This document shows, piece after piece, positions 20,050-31,220 of a DNA stretch of 34,235 nt. The stretch comes from Octopus bimaculoides. Lineage: Eukaryota. Where the stretch lies: NCBI RefSeq assembly GCF_001194135.2, contig NC_068990.1:43043270-43077504 (forward strand). Direction: 5' to 3'. The notes below the pieces were generated by a model. The model saw only the letters and a list, made by a program, of their open reading frames with translations. It made no database searches and was not told the DNA's origin. The position numbers were made by a program, and so were the translations under genes. How positions within the stretch are numbered: the first letter of the stretch is position 1; every line of letters begins with the position of its first letter.

Positions 20050-20439
20050 ATATGGCAACATGTTTGCTTTTCAACTATATGGTTTCCAGTTCAGTCCCCC
20101 TGCATGGCACCTTGAACATGTGTATTTTTATTATAGCCCTAGGTAAAGGTAGCAAGCTGACAGAATCATTAGCTCCCCAGGTAAAATACTTAGCGGCATT
20201 TCATCCACCCTTACATTCAGAGTTCAAATTCTGCCATGGCCAACTTTGCTTTCCATCCTTACGGGGTCGATAAAATAATTATCAGTCAAGCACTGAGGTT
20301 GATGTTATTGACTTATCACCTTCCACAAAACTTCAGGCTTTGTGCCTATAGTAGAAGAATTAAAGCCCTAGGTCAACCAAAGGCTTGTGAGTGAATTTAG
20401 TAGATGGAAACTGTGTGGAAACCAATCATATATATATGC

Positions 20440-20482
<43 letters not shown>

Positions 20483-20700
20483 TGCGTGTGTGACTTTGTG
20501 TTTATGCTTGACAACTGGTGCTGGTTTGTTTACATCCCTTTAAGTTAGCAGTTCATCAAAAGAATTAAATTGAATAAGTACCAGGCTTAAAAATAAAGTT
20601 CTGAGGTTAATTTATTGGACAAAAAGCCTCCAAGGTGGTGCCCCAGCATGGCCACAGTGCAATGACTGAAACAAGCAGCAGATAAAAGATAAAAGTAAAA
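20050..20700 (+). mobile_element. Family B SINE interrupted by family C
   Basis: CAGTTCAGTCCCCCTGCATGGCACCTTG head, internal (TG)n, tail GGTGCCCCAGCATGGCCACAGTGCAATGACTGAAACAAG. Confidence 0.8.
20145..20363 (+). mobile_element. Family C variant SINE, 10-bp TSD
   Basis: GAGTTCAAATTCTGCC..CTTTGCTTTCCATCCTTACGGGGTCGATAAAAT; TSD AGCCCTAGGT at 20135-20144 and 20364-20373. Confidence 0.8.
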
Positions 20701-21244
20701 TCTCATTTAAAGATGACACCAGAGTTACTTTGTCCTAAGATTATAAAGACATGCCCAGCACAACTCCATCCTCCATGAATGAACCATTTAGAAAATTGTC
20801 TCCAAACAAATCAAAAGGCTGAAAGAGCATGATCAAATAGAGAAGTCTTTATGTGGTCTGTTGTAATTGTCTGTTGTAATTGTCTGTTCTAATTGTCTAA
20901 TCCATGTGGTCTAACTCATGTCAGCATGGAAAACAGATGCTAAATGATGACAAATTTCCCCTAACAGTTTTTAAAATGGAAGGACATATTAGTTAACATG
21001 ATCTTACATACATTTTGTCTGATCGGGATTGCCATGGCTACAAAGCCTTTGACTATAGGTTCCCTTGATCAGGTCTGACTTGGGACTACATGACAACATC
21101 CTCATCATCATCATTTAGCATCCGTTTTTCATGCTGGCATGGGTTAGACCATATGGGTTAGACAATTACAACAGACAAAAAGTACAACCTGTCAGAGTAA
21201 ATCTCTGCATAAATGCTTGATCTCATCTCATATCGCATCTTGAT

Positions 21245-21627
21245 GGAGGCGCAATGGCCCAGTGGTTAGGGCAGCGGACTCACAGTCATAGGATCGCGGT
21301 TTCGATTCCCAGACCGAGCATTGTGAGTGTTTATTGAGCAAAAAACACCTAAAGCTCCACGAGGCTCCAGCAGGGGATGGTAGCGAACCCTGCTGTACTC
21401 TTTCACCACAACTTTCTCTCACTCTTACTTCCTGTTTCTGTTGTGCCTGTAATTCAAAGGGTCAGCCTTGTCACACTGTGTCACACTGAATATCCCCGAG
21501 AACTACGTTAAGGGTACACATGTCTGTGGAGTGCTCAGCCACTTGCACTTTAATTTCACGAGCAGTCTGTTCCATTGATCGGATCAACTGGAACACCCTC
21601 GTCGTCGTAAGCGACGGAGTGCCAACA
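21245..21627 (+). mobile_element. Family D tRNA(Arg-like)-derived SINE, full length
   Basis: Head GGCGCAATGGCCCAGTGGTTAGGGCAGCGGACTCACAGTCATAGGATCGCGGTTTCGATTCCCAGACCG with A/B boxes; 3' stem-loop CTCGTCGTCGTAAGCGACGGAG. It could be one of the described octopus Arg-tRNA SINEs (recalled, unverified). Confidence 0.85.
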
Positions 21628-22028
21628 GCAATCTCATCTTGCCATCTTGTAGAATGAAGGACACACTGGACGATATAAATTGTGTGTAAATTGGCTTTGA
21701 TACTGGATAAGATCAATCAGAATTAACCAAGGGTTAAACAACAAAAAACAACATCAAATGCAATCAACCACTGAGCTAATGAAGGAGCATCTTCATAGTC
21801 ATTTGACCTACAAGAAATAACAGCCAAATCTTTCTTAAATTATATCTCATTATTTTAGCAAAAGTCAACTGTTGGAGGGACAAAATTGGAATACTTTATA
21901 TTGTAGACCTGCTCATTCAGTGCTAACCTGGGGCTAAGCAACAACAACAACCATACAACGAGTCATCATAGATTTTAGTATCTACATCACAGTCACAAGC
22001 AGTTACAATATGGTAAAAAAAAAAAAAT

Positions 22029-22103
22029 TGCCAGTAAGTCCAGTATTTGAAACCATGATCTTCTGGGTAGAAGTTCAGCACTTTAACCACTAGGCCAGAT
22101 GCC
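22029..22103 (-). pseudogene. tRNA-like sequence (Arg-TCT-like) followed by a T-run; tRNA pseudogene or solitary SINE head
   Basis: Minus: GGCATCTGGCCTAGTGGTTAAAGTGCTGAACTTCTACCCAGAAGATCATGGTTTCAAATACTGGAC.., then ~13 T. The acceptor and T stems pair poorly. Confidence 0.55.
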
Positions 22104-22127
22104 TTTAAATATAGCATTGTCTAAAAA

Positions 22128-22500
22128 TCATCATCATCATTCATTTAACATTCATTTTCCATGTTGGCATGGAGTTTGCCTGGACTGTTTGACAGGAGCT
22201 AGTATGGCCAGGGGCTGCACCAGGTTCCGTTGCCTGGATGTCCTTCCTAATGCCAACCACTAGGTTACTTTGTCTGTTCTGGCATGTTTTCTAGGGCTGG
22301 ATACCCTTCCTTCCCAAAGTCAACCACCTAACAGAGTGCACTGGATGATTTTTATGTGGCACTAACACCAGTGGCCTTTAACGTGGCACCAGCACAAGTA
22401 CTTTGTATGTGGCACCAGTACCAGTATCAATTCTGTTATGGTGGATGAGTTTTCTTCAGAACAGCCAGATGCCAGACATCTCAATTCTTTGTCATCTTCT
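22128..22500 (-). mobile_element. RTE ORF2 terminal codons plus family A 3' region
   Basis: Minus 22500-22440 reads KMTKN*DVWHLAVLKKTHPP; followed by the A core and an (ATC)n tail at ~22128. Confidence 0.7.
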
Positions 22501-23651
22501 AAAAATATAAGCTGAAAAAACTTCAATTAACTGAAATTATCTATGCAATTCATTCAGAAAATCTCTCATGGAGTTTTACAATTTATGCTTATGTTGTTGA
22601 ATGGAATAGTCTTTTGTTATTGTAGTTTGTTGTTATTTAACCTTAGGTCACTCATGGTCAATTAAAACAGACCTGTAATCAAAGGCATGCCAGCAGTGGC
22701 CAGGCCATTGATTTAGGCACATGTGGGTGTATATTATCACAGAACAAGATGATTGGGTGCTGCTAGGTGGATGTTGATGATATGCAACAACTGACTGGAC
22801 GTTCAACCTGTTTTTGCAACAGTATGTTTTGGCACTAGAAGCAAACACACTCTCACACACAAATGAACATACAGAAATATACACATGGATATAGAGAGAA
22901 TGTAAAAAAGAGGGATAGAGAGAAACATTGTAATTTATTAATTGAACACGATTAACATAAACATTTTTTCGTCTTCTCATACAGACAAAGAGAATTATAC
23001 TCCCACACATAAACAGAGAGTGTGGGGGAGAAGTGAAACGTTAAAAGATTTTATGTCAAACAAGTCATCGTTGAAGCAATGATGCTAAATAGGCAGCACC
23101 AAAACAACTGTGCCTAAATGTCTCATACTTATAATATGCATCTTGTCTTTAATAACATAACAAGGGATGATTTGAGGGAAAATTGGCTGCTATTTCTAGA
23201 AGTTGACTCCCTCATTAGCTCACAACCTAAGAATATATATTGTGTTTATACTGTTGTATATGATATCTGCTGTCTTTTGTCATAATTTAGTCCCGGGTCA
23301 ACTCCGATCAAGGAGACTATGAAAGGTTTTCCAGTCATGACCTCTCCATCCTGGTTTTCAATTTCGGTCTGTTTATGTTTTTTTTTTTTAACCCTTATAT
23401 AGCATCATAACTCATCACATTTCCGAAGACATCGTTTTTGTTTTTGGACCGACATAAAATATTCATTAGAATTACAAATGGAATATTTTGTCTGCTTAAA
23501 TGATATGTTCCACTTTATTATCTTACATCACAACACAATGCTGATTACCACCATATTGTTTTCCGACTGTAACTGAGCAAAAAATGGTAGAAGCAAATAA
23601 GCATATATACATTCATATATATGTACACTTATACATACAAACAGGCATACA

Positions 23652-23684
<33 letters not shown>

Positions 23685-23701
23685 TTTTATATATACATAT
23701 G

Positions 23702-23748
<47 letters not shown>

Positions 23749-23856
23749 NNNNNNNNNNNNNNNNNNNNNNNNNNNNNNNNNNNNNNNNNNNNNNNNNNNN
23801 NNNNNNNNNNNNNNNNNNNNNNNNNNNNNNNNNNNNNNNNNNNNNNNNNNNATGTA

Positions 23857-23889
<33 letters not shown>

Positions 23890-24096
23890 TTATGTAAAAT
23901 AAACAAACAGATAACTACAAAAAGGTTGGGCAGGCTTATAGCAGTTTATTTCATATGGAACTGGTTTATTCAGGAATTGTTGCTAGTATCAAAAACCAAA
24001 ATAAAAATGTTCTATTTACATACAACAATGGCTAAACTGAAACAATTCAGGTGATTATATTAAGAATCATAAGTAACAATGTAAATCAGTTAAAAT

Positions 24097-24552
24097 CTTC
24101 ATCATCATCATCGTCATCATCATCATCATCATCATCATCGTCGTCATCATCATCTGAAAAAATATCCGATTTATTTGTTTCATCTTTTCTGTTATTTCTT
24201 TCAATTTATATATTTCTGATTATTAGAAGAGTGAATAACTTATTTTCATTTTTCTTTCTTTCTCTCTTTTTTGTTTTTGTTTTTATTTCTCTCTGTTTCT
24301 CTTCCCCTCTCATTTTCTATCTCCTGCTCTTTCTACATCCTCCCACTTCTGACTACCTCCTTCTTTGTCTTAATCTTTCTATTCTCTCTGCCCACGATTC
24401 ACCCCTCTCTTTCTCTCTCTCTCTCTGTGCATCTATATATTTTCATGAAGCTCTTTTATCTTCATATCTTTTGTCTTTGTATCCTTCTTTATTTCTCATC
24501 ATCCCACACTATTTAAGCTATCACCCACTATCTTTTATCTCTCTCTCATTCT

Positions 24553-24607
<55 letters not shown>

Positions 24608-24610
24608 CTC
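24097..24610. repeat. (TCA)n at 24097-24153 and CT-rich low complexity ending in (CT)n
   Basis: Direct reading; explains the poly-Ser and Leu/Phe ORFs. Confidence 0.85.
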
Positions 24611-26249
24611 CTCCATTTCTCTCGTCACTTTGTTCTATATATAAACGATGAACTCATGAAGGCTATAAAATTTTTGTTTTATGCAAATTTAGTGTTAACA
24701 TGAATGCAATGCAATTTAGAAATTTTACGGGAATATCTACATTAATAGCCCAATTGTGCCTGACAGTGATGTCGTTTCAAGACAAGAATCAATAATTGAC
24801 TGACTGGAATATTCTTCCCAACATAGACACACCATTATGGAAAAGAAGATAGAAAACAACAAAGCCAGGAAGTGAATTTATTGGCTTGAATAAATTTCGA
24901 CTTTTTTTTCTCAAGAAACTAAAATATGAAGGAAAACAAAATAATCAAAAGAAAGATGAGAAAAGAAAAGAAAAGAATGAATTTTCCAGAAACTGCAGCA
25001 GCTTCTTGTCATTGAGTTGGGTTATGTGGTTATCAATTATGGAATAAATGTGGAAACAATGTAGTCTAGTAGACATCAATTCCATTTCCTAGAGAGATGT
25101 AAAGAAGTTGTTGTTTTAGACATAAATATTTTTTCTATGTAATCATATCTCTCTCTCTCTGTACACACACACACACACACACACATGCATATATATGAAA
25201 TTGAATGTATACACTGTTGCTATTGTGCATCTGATAACAGTGTTTGCAATGGACAAACACAAGAGAATGGAGAGGGAGAATAGTGCAACAAGCCAAGTGC
25301 ATCAAGTGAACCGAATCTTCAGACCAGATCTACAATTCAGAGCTACAATGCAAATCCATGAAATCTAGTTTGTGATTCATTCTTTATTCATTGATAACAC
25401 CATTTCAGAGAAATGATGACGTTCTCAAGAAAGGCATGAACATTACACAATCTTATTTTCCTAACTTTTCAGATCTATAATGTTGTCTCTCTAAGAAGTC
25501 TTTTTTTTTTTTTTTATTTCACATGTTTCACATGTTGTAAGGATAATTTTTATACATTACTGATCTATAAACAGTGTTTGTTTCAATACTATATTGTTTG
25601 ACAGAATAAATCTATAGATTTTAGCTAAGAAGAAATTTATTTCTATCAAAAGAAAACGCTGTCTGATGACAATATATTCGGTTGATGTTTTTGTAGAAGA
25701 TAGTAATGAGATAATAGAAATATGTCATCAGCACAACCAATTTGATGGATTTTTNNNNNNNNNNNNNNNNNNNNNNNNNNNNNNNNNNNNNNNNNNNNNN
25801 NNNNNNNNNNNNNNNNNNNNNNNNNNNNNNNNNNNNNNNNNNNNNNNNNNNNNNNNNNNNNNNNNNNNNNNNNNNNNNNNNNNNNNNNNNNNNNNNNNNN
25901 NNNNNNNNNNNNNNNNNNNNNNNNNNNNNNNNNNNNNNNNNNNNNNNNNNNNNNNNNNNNNNNNNNNNNNNNNNNNNNNNNNNNNNNNNNNNNNNNNNNN
26001 NNNNNNNNNNNNNNNNNNNNNNNNNNNNNNNNNNNNNNNNNNNNNNNNNNNNNNNNNNNNNNNNNNNNNNNNNNNNNNNNNNNNNNNNNNNNNNNNNNNN
26101 NNNNNNNNNNNNNNNNNNNNNNNNNNNNNNNNNNNNNNNNNNNNNNNNNNNNNNNNNNNNNNNNNNNNNNNNNNNNNNNNNNNNNNNNNNNNNNNNNNNN
26201 NNNNNNNNNNNNNNNNNNNNNNNNATATATATATATATACATATATACA

Positions 26250-26412
26250 ATGGGCTTCTTTTAGTTTCTGTCTACCAAATCCACTCACAAGGCTTTGGTC
26301 AGCCTGAGGCTATAGTAGAAGACACTTGCCCAAGGTACCCCGCAGTGAGACTGAACCCAGAACCATGTGGTTGGTAAGCAAGCTACTTACCACACAGCCA
26401 CTCCTGCGCCTA
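26250..26412 (-). mobile_element. Family B SINE head, well conserved
   Basis: GGGCTTCTTTTAGTTTCTGTCTACCAAATCCACTCACAAGGCTTTGG..GAACCATGTGGTTGGTAAGCAAGCTACTTACCACACAGCCACTCCTGCGCCT. Confidence 0.9.
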
Positions 26413-26779
26413 TAGACATAAATATATATTCTGCTCTTGTTCATTTTTTTTTTTAGCAAAAACAAAATTCACCCAAAGAAGTATTTGAACTTGAAACTCT
26501 AAAAAAATGCAACTGGATATTTCTGCATTTTTAGCAGAACATTTTATTATACTGGTTCTTCCCACCTACAAGATTCAATTTTGGTAAACCCTACCAAGGA
26601 AAAGTAAACCATAATCGAAACCATAATCTTACCAATCATCAACCCAACACCTTAACCACTAAGCCACACACCACCCCCAAGGAAAGGAGGTTCTCCACAA
26701 CTCAATTTTGATTCCTTATTATAATAACTCCATTTCAGTTATATTTCTGACACGAAGATGCTCACACAGTTTTCTTCAG

Positions 26780-26935
26780 GTATGGCTGTTGTAGTCAAGA
26801 AACTTGCTTCCCAACTGCACGGTTTCAGGTTCAGTTCCACTACATGGCATCTTGGACAAGTGTATTCTAGCACAGCCTCTAGCTGAACAAAGTAATGTGA
26901 AGGATTTGGTTGATGGAAACCGAAAGAGGTATGTG

Positions 26936-26966
<31 letters not shown>

Positions 26967-27290
26967 TGTGTGCGTGTGCATATGTGTATGTGTGTATGTG
27001 CATATGTGTGTGTCTCTGTGTGTCTCTGTGTGTGTCTGTGTATCTCTGTGTGTCTGTGAGTGTGTGTGTGTGTTTCTTTGTCCTGATATCTTATGATTGT
27101 TGTAATTGATTGTCATTCATTTTCAATATTCTGTGAAAATACATCTAGTCATAGAGAAATGTTACATTGCCTTGGAAGCAGATGAGTGTTGGCAACAGGA
27201 AAAGCATTCAGCTATAGAAAGTCTTCCTCAATAAACACCATCTAATCCATACAAGAATAGAAAAGTGGACATTAAAACAATGATGATGAG
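26780..27290 (+). mobile_element. Composite SINE: family B head, microsatellite, family A-type tail
   Basis: Head GGTTCAGTTCCACTACATGGCATCTTGGACAAGTG; tail GTTGGCAACAGGAAAAGCATTCAGCTATAGAAAG..GGACATTAAAACAATGATGATGAG. Confidence 0.65.
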
Positions 27291-27909
27291 GATACAAACT
27301 AAACATTTTTTGTAAGTGAGAAACCAGTAATTCTTAGAAAATAATTATTTTTTAAAAATTTTACTTTAAATCTGTGTAACAAACAATCTTTAATCTTTAT
27401 ACATAAAAAATTCTCCAAGGTGATTAATCATTAAAGATACTACTTAAACACCCAGAGTTGACATGTTGCACTCAAAACTGATGAACCATGATTTTACTCT
27501 TGTAACATCTATCTAATTCATCTTTAATGAAGTCAAAGTCAATATTAGTATTGCATAGTTTACTCTTAGAAAGGAAGGCAGCACCTTGACCTCCAATACT
27601 AAGGATGAAAAGCTAGGGAGCCATCTTTAGTTCTAAGACTCAATTTCAACATTTACAACAGAGGAGACTCTGCTAAAGGCATCCAAGGGCCAGGAAATGT
27701 TAAACTAGGTAACAGATTAGGCCTACCTATTTAAAATGACCAACTCAATCTATAATAATAATAATGCCCTCTGGTCATATTAGTTATAGTTTATACATAT
27801 TATATAATTATCATCCATTCGTGTTGGTCTGATATGTGAGAGACAAAAATTATAATATAGCAGAGCAAATGACTGAATCAAGTGTGAATACAATTTAATG
27901 TACAATTGA

Positions 27910-28070
27910 GAACTGGGGCATCACACTGTTTCTCATGGGTCTGACAAGTGGAGTGTTACAATGTCTTGTAAAAGTAATGACTGAGCTATCACAATGTCTT
28001 CTGAATCTGATGACTGGGGTATTAAAATGTCATGTAGGCCTGACTACTGAGGGATCACAATATCAGAAGT
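27910..28070. repeat. Degenerate ~33-bp minisatellite, 5 units
   Basis: Anchor T(C/T)A(C/A)A(A/C)T(G/A)T(C/T) at 27921, 27956, 27989, 28022 and 28055. Confidence 0.6.
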
Positions 28071-28309
28071 GACATAGCTAAGGCTAGTCTTAGAATTGTA
28101 TTTTAGTTTTAAATGAAGGGGAACACACTTGTTTATCCAATCATAATCAATGTACTCTGTTATCTATAGGACAATGAAATACATTGAACACAACATCTCT
28201 AGAATCTATTTTAGAAAATTCTGTTTCTTCCATTGATGTTGATCATGATGATGATAATGAAATGAGGAATGATAATGGTGATAACAAACATGGTGAAAGT
28301 ATCAGGAAA

Positions 28310-29190
28310 GGCTTCTAGTTACTCTGGTTCAAAGACATCTGCTTTCCCTAACAAACACTGGGCTCCTCCAGTCACTAAGAACTCATCAACCATATTTCTT
28401 CATGCAGTGAAGACTTACACTTCATTCAGATTTCTCTAATATCATCAGCTTAAGTTACTTCAACATTCAGAACTCTTTTCAGCTCTTACACTCATTGTAC
28501 AGCCCCACCAGCCTAAGTCTTTCCCAGTGGTTCATTCAGAGATGCACTGTCACAACTCAAGCAAAGAATGTGGCCTTCAAGACTTATAGAAAATCTCTCA
28601 CCATTACAAACTGGGCTGCTTTTCCCTTGGAACCATCCAAAATGTGAAGATTGCCTCTGTGCATGACACAGCCAGCAAGCTTTCTCATCTCACAAACTGT
28701 AGCCAACTCTTTTGATCTGTTGCAAAAAGTATCTCTGGCAACTTTGAAAAATTCTCTTACCTTCCATTTCTCCAAGATGGTTCTATAAGCAACAGTTGTT
28801 CTCTTTGATCAGTAGCTTCCTGTCAGCTTGTTCAATTAGGGTGTTGATAGAACTCTCCCTGACTTACACTCTATTAACTCTGCCCCCAAGATTCAATTTT
28901 ATCCCCTAAACTCATCCTATAACACATTAACAACCAACATAAAACCACCTCCAACAACTACCACTCATATGAAGATGATACCACTCTTCATTTCATTTCT
29001 TTGTAAGCTTCCACATCCAAACATCGTCCACCAAGAAACTTTACACCAAACCTGAAATTATTCTAGAAACAGGAACCTCGAAAACATCGTCCAATAGGAT
29101 TATGTCAACCTTGTCTCTATCAAAAGTACAAAGACTCATTCACTGCATAAGTCAAGGAAAATAATTTGATCACCCTCATCCCCTGAACAG
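28310..29190 (+). mobile_element. Decayed CR1/Jockey-group LINE, EN-RT linker region
   Basis: QWFIQRCTVTTQAKNVAFKTYRK.. and F*SVAKSISGNFEKFSYLPFLQDGSISNS resemble the PWF and FWSxxKxxxxNFxxSSFPPLxxxDGS motifs. Confidence 0.65.
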
Positions 29191-29279
29191 GAAACACATG
29201 TAACTACTAACCCTTTGCAATCCTCAGGTGAAACCCACAATGGTATACTGCTCCAATATCTAGGATTGTGTTGTTACAT

Positions 29280-29900
29280 ATATAGCTATTATGGTCACTG
29301 GAATATGCAATGCAGCAGGCTATAGACACCAGTGATGATGACCTTGGTTTCTTCATAAACTGGCAAAGATTGCCGAGAGTACCAGCAGTAACCATCACAG
29401 ACCTGGAATTCACAGATGATATAGGCTTATATCTAATGAAACAGATCAAGCTCAACAGCTGCTCAACAGAGTAGAAACATCAACTGTTAAAATAAGACTG
29501 CATACAAATGTCAAGAAAATGGAATAAGTCTTTCAACCAATCAAGTGATACTGAATTGTTTGCTTTGAGCAGTTCCAAATTGAATGTTGCTGTAGACTTC
29601 AAGTACTTTGGTGGTAGGGTGAGTAGTTCAGAAGCAGACATCAAGATCAGGAAGGCACAAGCTTGAACAGCCTGTCACAAACTAAAGTAAGTCTGGAATT
29701 CCAAATTGCCCAGGCAATTACCATTGCAACTGTCAAATCAGTGCTATTATATGGCAGCGAAACATGGACACTGACAAAGAAATTATCAAATGGGCTAAAG
29801 GGATGCTACACAAGGATGCTATGAATGGCCCTAAATGGGAAATGGCAGCAACATATGTCAAATGAATGCCTTTAAAGATACCTGCTCAAAGTTAGTGAGA
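29280..29900 (+). mobile_element. RTE-clade LINE reverse-transcriptase 3' fragment
   Basis: TITDLEFTDDIGL (DLDFADD), QAQQLLNRVE, DFKYFGG, KIRKAQA*TA, ATVKSVLLYGSETWTLTK, GCYTRML*MALN; stops and frameshifts present. Confidence 0.9.
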
Positions 29901-29984
29901 ATTTGAACTCAGAACATAAAGATGGACGAAATGTCACTAAGCATTTTACTCAGCATGCTAACAAGTCTGCCAGCTCACCACCCT
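29899..29984 (-). mobile_element. Family C SINE head fragment
   Basis: GAATTTGAACTCAGAACATAAAGATGGACGAAATG..GCATGCTAACAAGTCTGCCAGCTCACCACC. Confidence 0.75.
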
Positions 29985-30117
29985 AAGGATAGCAGTGGTG
30001 GTCATGGGCTTTAACTCCAATTCATCCCTGACCAAGCAGACTTATGGTCAAAGTTGTTCCATCTATGACCATCCCATCATTTGGTTATCAGGAGCTACAT
30101 TGTCCAAAGGTACCTTA

Positions 30118-30170
<53 letters not shown>

Positions 30171-30335
30171 TAATATTACAGTGGGGTTTGAGAGAAATTC
30201 TAGCAGGTAATTCATGTAGGTCAAGTAAGCACATGGCTGATGGAGATGTTGGCGGTGGTGGTGGTAGTTTATTCTATTTTAGTGTATGTATGTGTTGCTA
30301 CTGCTACTGCTGCTACTGCTGCTGCTGCTGATGAT
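30118..30335. repeat. (ATT)n at 30118-30170 and (CTG/CTA)n at ~30298-30330
   Basis: Direct reading. Confidence 0.9.
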
Positions 30336-30899
30336 GATAGTATCATTTGCATGTGAGATTTTCAAGAATCAATATAGTATTTTGATTTAACGAGAACATG
30401 TTTCTCCTTTAATGAATTTTGTTTATTTGTTTAAAACTTTATTGATAATTTGTGTCTGTGTGTCATGGGTTAGATATCAATAGCATCGTTTATTTAATGA
30501 TTGTAATTAAATATAATATGTAAAGAAAAACAGTTAGAAAAAATAACAAATAGATTTAAAAGAAAAATATAAACCATTTCCAATCCTCGACTTGGGTGTT
30601 AGTGTCGGATGGATGGTTCTGCCAAGGCAAACAGTTGCACGAATTATTGGAACTGGCATGGCCAAAGATGGAACTAGTAAAAGTGTTTTTATAACCCTTT
30701 AGCCTTCAAATTGGTTAAATGTAGTCATCAACATAATCAGAGTATTATTGGTTCAAACTAATGAACTCTGAACGTGTTAACTTATTATTCTTGTTAAGAG
30801 TTTGTTTCATAGCCATGTGGATCTGTGTTCAATTCCACTGTGATACTGCATGGAAAGTCTCTTTGTCATGCATATCCTTCTCCTCCTCTTCATCGCCGT

Positions 30900-31220
30900 T
30901 GTCATCTCCGTCATCGTCATCGTTGTTGTCGCCATTGTCGTCATCGTCATCGCCGTCATTATTGTTTTATGTCTACTCTCCTTACTGGCATGGATTGAAC
31001 ATGCTGCTTTGCTATGATTAGAGACAGTAGATATTCAGGGCTACTGCTCATCTAGACTGGTCAGAGAACTGTATGTCTTTCATACATTTTGTTTTTGGCT
31101 TGCTTTCAACATCTGAATATTCTTCATAACACCAACCACTTTACAAAGTGTACTAGATGCATTGTACATGCTTTTTACATAGCATTAGCACTAGAGAGGC
31201 ATCATATCTTCTGCAAGACC
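30900..31220 (-). mobile_element. Old family A copy
   Basis: (TCR)n tail, TACTGGCATGGATTGAAC, ACCAACCACTTTACAAAGTGTACTAGATGC. Confidence 0.6.

Noticed and set aside
21248-21315. Functional tRNA gene
   Set aside because: It continues into a SINE body with no terminator, and the acceptor stem does not pair.
30575-30673. 99-nt minus-strand exon candidate, open in two phases
   Set aside because: Weak donor (GTTTAT), no recognisable protein, no partner exons; RNA-seq would be needed.
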